In this document: in pieces, positions 58,107-64,000 of the stretch
Layout: each line of letters begins with the position of its first letter
How positions within the stretch are numbered: the first letter of the stretch is position 1
Origin: Octopus vulgaris
Lineage: Eukaryota
Reading direction: 5' to 3'
DNA: 64,000 nucleotides
Assembly: GCA_951406725.2 (NCBI GenBank)
Contig: OX597841.1
Location: 15,190,001 to 15,254,000, forward strand
Program-made: the position numbers and the translations under genes
The notes under the pieces: generated by a model
What the model was told of the DNA's origin: nothing
The model's database searches: none
The model's input: only the letters and a program-made list of their open reading frames with translations

Positions 58107-58513
58107 TACCTATTTCTTTATTACCCACAATGGGCTAAACACAGAGGGGACAAACAAGGACAGACAAACGGATCAAGTCAATTACACTGACACCAGTGCG
58201 CAACTGGTACATTATTTATCGACTCCGAAAGGATGAAAGGCAAAGTCGACCTCGGCGGAATTTGAACTCAGAACGTATCGGCAGACGAAATACCTATTTC
58301 TTTACTACCCACAAGGGGCTAAACACAGAGAGGACAAAGGGATTAAGTCGATTTTATCGACCCCAGTGCGCAACTGGTACATTATTTATCGACCCCGAAA
58401 GGATGAAAGGCAAAGTCGACCTCGGCGGAATTTGAACTGAGAACGTAACGGCAGACGAAATACGCCTACTCATTTCGCCCGGTGTGTTAACAATTCTGCC
58501 AGCTCGCCGCCTT
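58107..58513 (-). mobile_element. SINE family C with a tandem duplicated body and tail
   Basis: TACCTATTTCTTTA.TACCCACAA at about 58107 and 58291. The head ends CTCGCCGCCTT at about 58513. Confidence 0.88.
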
Positions 58514-59158
58514 ACCGACAACAACAACCAACCAACCAACCAACAAAGCAGTCGCCATCACCAGCAGTCCACAAAGAAACACACAACAAAACTCACAAAA
58601 GTACCAAATTCTCCGTCTCAGATTTCCATAACACAGTGTAATTCTTAATGAGCGATATTTCAAATGAAATTAAATGTCACGTAGAAAAGAGCCTCGCTTT
58701 CGCTTTCGCGACAAACGCCGTCAAAGCTCCATCTATCAACCCCCACCCCCACCCGCCGCCATCCCCCCTCACATAACACAAATTAATTGGCATCCAGCAA
58801 TTATTTGATAAAACATCTTTCATTGTTCCATTCAAGATTATTATTGTCCGCCATTTTATTTATTTATTTTTGGTTCTTCTTAACTATTTTGGGATTTTTA
58901 TCTGGAAATTTTTTCGTTCCCTATGTCTGAGTGTCTGTCCCGCGTATGTATGTATGCATGTATGTATGTATGTATGTATGTATGTATGTATGTATGTATG
59001 TATGTATGTATGTATGTATGTATATATGTATGTATGTATGTATGTGTGTATGTATGTATGTATGTATGTATGTATGTGTGTATGTATGCACGTATGTATG
59101 TATGTATGTATGTATGTATGTATGTATGTATGTATGTATGTATGTATGTATGTATGTA

Positions 59159-59205
<47 letters not shown>

Positions 59206-59314
59206 GTATATATAGAAGTATATATAGACGTATAGATATACGTGTATATGAATGCATACATATTCAAAATTTATACATACATATGCATATATATATATAT
59301 ATATATATATGCAC

Positions 59315-59361
<47 letters not shown>

Positions 59362-59483
59362 TATATATGTTTATGTACATATATAGTTACGTGTGTACAA
59401 ATGTACCTATACATATATATATATATATAAATATATATGTATATATATATGTAATAGATGTATAAATATATATGTGTATATAT

Positions 59484-59514
<31 letters not shown>

Positions 59515-59559
59515 GAATATATATGCATGAATATGTATATATGTACATATCCATATACA

Positions 59560-59619
<60 letters not shown>

Positions 59620-60040
59620 TATATATGTATGTATAGTTGTTATTATAAACGTGTATGTATGTATAACTGTATTTACCTTTACCGTTCTGTATGCATTGTA
59701 TGTTGTTTTTTTTTGTATGTTTGTGAGTGTTTAGGTCTAGAATGTGGTATATTTGTGAACGCTTTTGTCATTTTTTAAATTCTCTGTGAACGAATGTGAA
59801 TTGATGTTAATATTTCCGCATCTGTGTGTGTGTGTGTGTGTGTGTACGTTAAGTGAAAGTGAAAGTATAGGGGCGTGTGTGGGGAGGAAAGCATTTCTAA
59901 CTTAAATCATTTTATTTAAAAACAAGTTTGTATACATTTATATTTATATCATGTATATATATATGTGCGTGTGTGTATGTGTGTGTGTGTGTGTATACAT
60001 ATATATGTATATATATATACAAATATATGCGTGCATAGAG

Positions 60041-60088
<48 letters not shown>

Positions 60089-60154
60089 ATATGTGTATGT
60101 ATGTATGTATATATATATACTTATATATACAGACACACAGACACACAGACACAG

Positions 60155-60208
<54 letters not shown>

Positions 60209-60224
60209 ATATCTATTTGTAGAC

Positions 60225-60260
<36 letters not shown>

Positions 60261-60580
60261 GCATATATAAACATCGTTTCCGGAATTTCTGTTTTTTTCC
60301 TAATGACAGTATCATATTCTGCAAGACAATTCTTTAGACTCAGTCTTACATCTTTCCATTGTTACTCAATTCTTCTCACAAACACGCACACACACAGACA
60401 CGCACGAGCACCACACGCACGCACACACACATGCACACGCACAAATACACACACACACACACACACACACGCAGACATACAATCACGGAGGCACACATCA
60501 ATACATTTGAATTAGTAATTATGCTTACTTATATACGCGCGTGCGCGTGTGCGTGTATGTGTTTGTGTATCATGGTGGCA

Positions 60581-60612
<32 letters not shown>

Positions 60613-60811
60613 GAGAGGGGGGAGAAAAGGGTAGAGAGACACAGAGAGTAGGACAATGGTTGTGGATGCAAGTTTAATATATATATATGCACGCGCACGT
60701 GTGTGTATGTATTTGCGTGTCTATGTGTATATATGTATATGTTCGTTGGTCTATCTTCCATGAATTTGCCTGAGTATATATATATGTGTGTGTGTCTTTG
60801 TATATATGTAT

Positions 60812-60851
<40 letters not shown>

Positions 60852-60866
60852 GTATATATATATATG

Positions 60867-60927
<61 letters not shown>

Positions 60928-61080
60928 ATATAAGTATTGATATAAATCTATGTAATGTATATATACATATATAAATATATATATATATAATATGAAGGAA
61001 TATTAATAATAAAGGTGCTTTATATATATATATATATATATATATTAATATATATATAAGTGGATATATAAGGATATATA

Positions 61081-61138
<58 letters not shown>

Positions 61139-61615
61139 AATGTATGCATACAGGTATGTACTTATCTCTGTATATATAAGTTTACATATGTAAATTTGTG
61201 TGTGTTTGTATGTGATTGCAATATATGTTAATGGCTCCCAAAATAGAATATATTCAAGGAATAGATGTCACTTTCAGCGTAAATGCTATGATGAGTAAAA
61301 TAGTAGATCATATTATGAATATAATCTCTCTTACACATACTTACACACCCTCGTGCCTAAATAAACAGAATCAGTAACGTGTATAAACGCATACGCTCCC
61401 AGATATTCACACACACTCACACACACACGTGCATGAATGTGTGTTTCGTTTGCGTGTCTTATGTATATTTTATTTTGTGTATGTGTTTGTGTGTGTTTGT
61501 GCGTGTTGCAAATTTGTCTCATTTTATGCACGTTCTTATCATAATGTTTCGTATATATGTATGTCTGCCTGTCGGTCTGTTTGCCTGGCTGTCTCTCTGC
61601 CTGACTCTTTATCTA

Positions 61616-61670
<55 letters not shown>

Positions 61671-61687
61671 GGCTGTATTTCTGTCTG

Positions 61688-61798
<111 letters not shown>

Positions 61799-61815
61799 GT
61801 CTGTCTGTCTGTCTA

Positions 61816-61851
<36 letters not shown>

Positions 61852-62065
61852 TCTATCTATTTATCTATCTCTCAAGTGTCTCACTATATATCTATATGCA
61901 TATCTATGCATGTGTATATATGTTGTATATTTATATGCGTATATATGTATATCTATATATCTATATATCTATATATCCACATATATATGTATACGTATAT
62001 ATTTACATCTATCCGTCTATATAAGCATTGTGTGTTTGTATACATATACATATATATATATATAT

Positions 62066-62140
<75 letters not shown>

Positions 62141-62830
62141 CATATATACATACATATACATGAATGGTATGAGTATTCACGTACGCAAATTAGAACACGA
62201 TGTTAAACCGAAACCGAGAGAAAGCTTAGTGTACTCATAACAGTTCTTCGTTCCAAATTCCCCCCTCACCCACCCCCGATTTCATCTTCCAACGCCCCCC
62301 CCGCACCACAACCACCACTACCGCACTCGTACAAGCACCCATAGACGCACGCATGCACGCATTTATTGGCGTGGGGAGGCACAGACAAACTTGCATACGC
62401 ACTCCAAGATATTTAGTGACAATACAAATTACTTCGACTAAATTTAGCATTTCATACTGATCCGTCATTGATTGAAAAACTAACACACACACACACACAT
62501 GCACGCACACAGACAGACAGACAGACAGACATATACAAATACACACATACACACATGAACACACACACACATACATATGCATGCACAGACACGCACAGAC
62601 ACGCACATATACATATACACACATACATATATATATATATATATACACTCACATATCTAGCTACATACGTGCATAGATTTATATATATATACATATATAC
62701 TTATATATATATATATATATATATATATCATATATATATATATACATACATATATATATACATATATATATATATATACTTATATATATATACATATATA
62801 TATATGTATATACATAATATACATACATAA

Positions 62831-62867
<37 letters not shown>

Positions 62868-63285
62868 CTTACACACACTCACACACGCATATATATGTAT
62901 ATATATAAATATATGTATATACACAGGCAATCATACAACGTGCTATATATATTATATACACAAGCATATGCACATATGTATACATACCTTCATATATACA
63001 CACACATACACTTCCACAGAGCACAAAAGTACACGTACATCTCGATATACGTGTACATATACGAACAACGAGACGCTCGTATTCAACACATGAAAATTAG
63101 CATTTGAACGGCACAAAAGCTCTGAGCACAAAAAAATGGAAAGGAGAGACATTTGATAATATTAAAAGACAAAAACACAAAATATGATAAACAGAATGAT
63201 ATAAAAAAACAATAGGAAAGATATCGATAAGGATAACAGCGATGATAATAATGATAATAGTATTGATAATGGTAATAATAATAAC

Positions 63286-63326
<41 letters not shown>

Positions 63327-63534
63327 TAATAATAATGATGATGATAATAATAATAATAATGATAAAATAATGATAATGATAATAATGATAATGATAATAA
63401 TGACGATAATAAATAGGATGATAATAATAATAATTATAATAATAATAATAACAATAATAACGATGATAATAATGATAATAATAATAATAATAATGATAAT
63501 AATAATAATAATAATAATAAAAATGATAATAATG

Positions 63535-63577
<43 letters not shown>

Positions 63578-63675
63578 TAAAAGTAATGATAATGATAATA
63601 ATGATAATAATGACGATAATAATAATGATAATAAATATGATGATAATAATAATAATTGTAATAATAATAATGACG

Positions 63676-63734
<59 letters not shown>

Positions 63735-64000
63735 TGGTACATCACACGTATTGAGAAGAGCATTGTCGATGTGAGAACTGTTGCTGCTCATGTATTTTAA
63801 TTTAACTTTAAAAAAAAAAAAAAAAAAATGAACGAACTACTGAGTTTGGTTTAATGGCCTACCAATATACACTATGAGTTTCTTTGCCCTAGGAGTCGGG
63901 AAGACACCCGGCAAGAAATGGAAGAAAATTTGAAAGAAGAAAAAAAAAGTAATAATAATAATAATAATTGTAATAATAATAATAATAATAATAATAATTT

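Overview
Repeat-saturated metazoan intergenic or intronic DNA, most likely from an octopus (inferred from extreme (TA)n/(CA)n/(AAT)n/(GAT)n/(TATC)n microsatellite density and the tRNA-derived SINE families; not verified). I found no convincing host protein-coding exon, and nearly all ORFs in the track are translations of microsatellites. The complex sequence consists of three tRNA-derived SINE families (many copies, with shuffled modules, tandem duplications and inverted pairs), decayed mariner/Tc1/pogo DNA transposons (one triple-nested), 3' fragments of Tx1/L1, CR1 and RTE LINEs, non-autonomous Helitron-like elements, small TIR elements and Penelope-like element (PLE) remnants. Two signals stand out. 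First, six type I hammerhead ribozyme (HHR) motifs from three sequence families occur in short PLE/retrozyme-like units, including one intact GUC hammerhead with a long stem II at 1221-1292 (minus strand). Second, a compact unique island at about 25040-25180 has two perfect MEF2 sites, a perfect CRE, a CCAAT box and an RFX-like half site, resembling an activity-dependent enhancer. Coordinates were read by eye and repeat boundaries are approximate.
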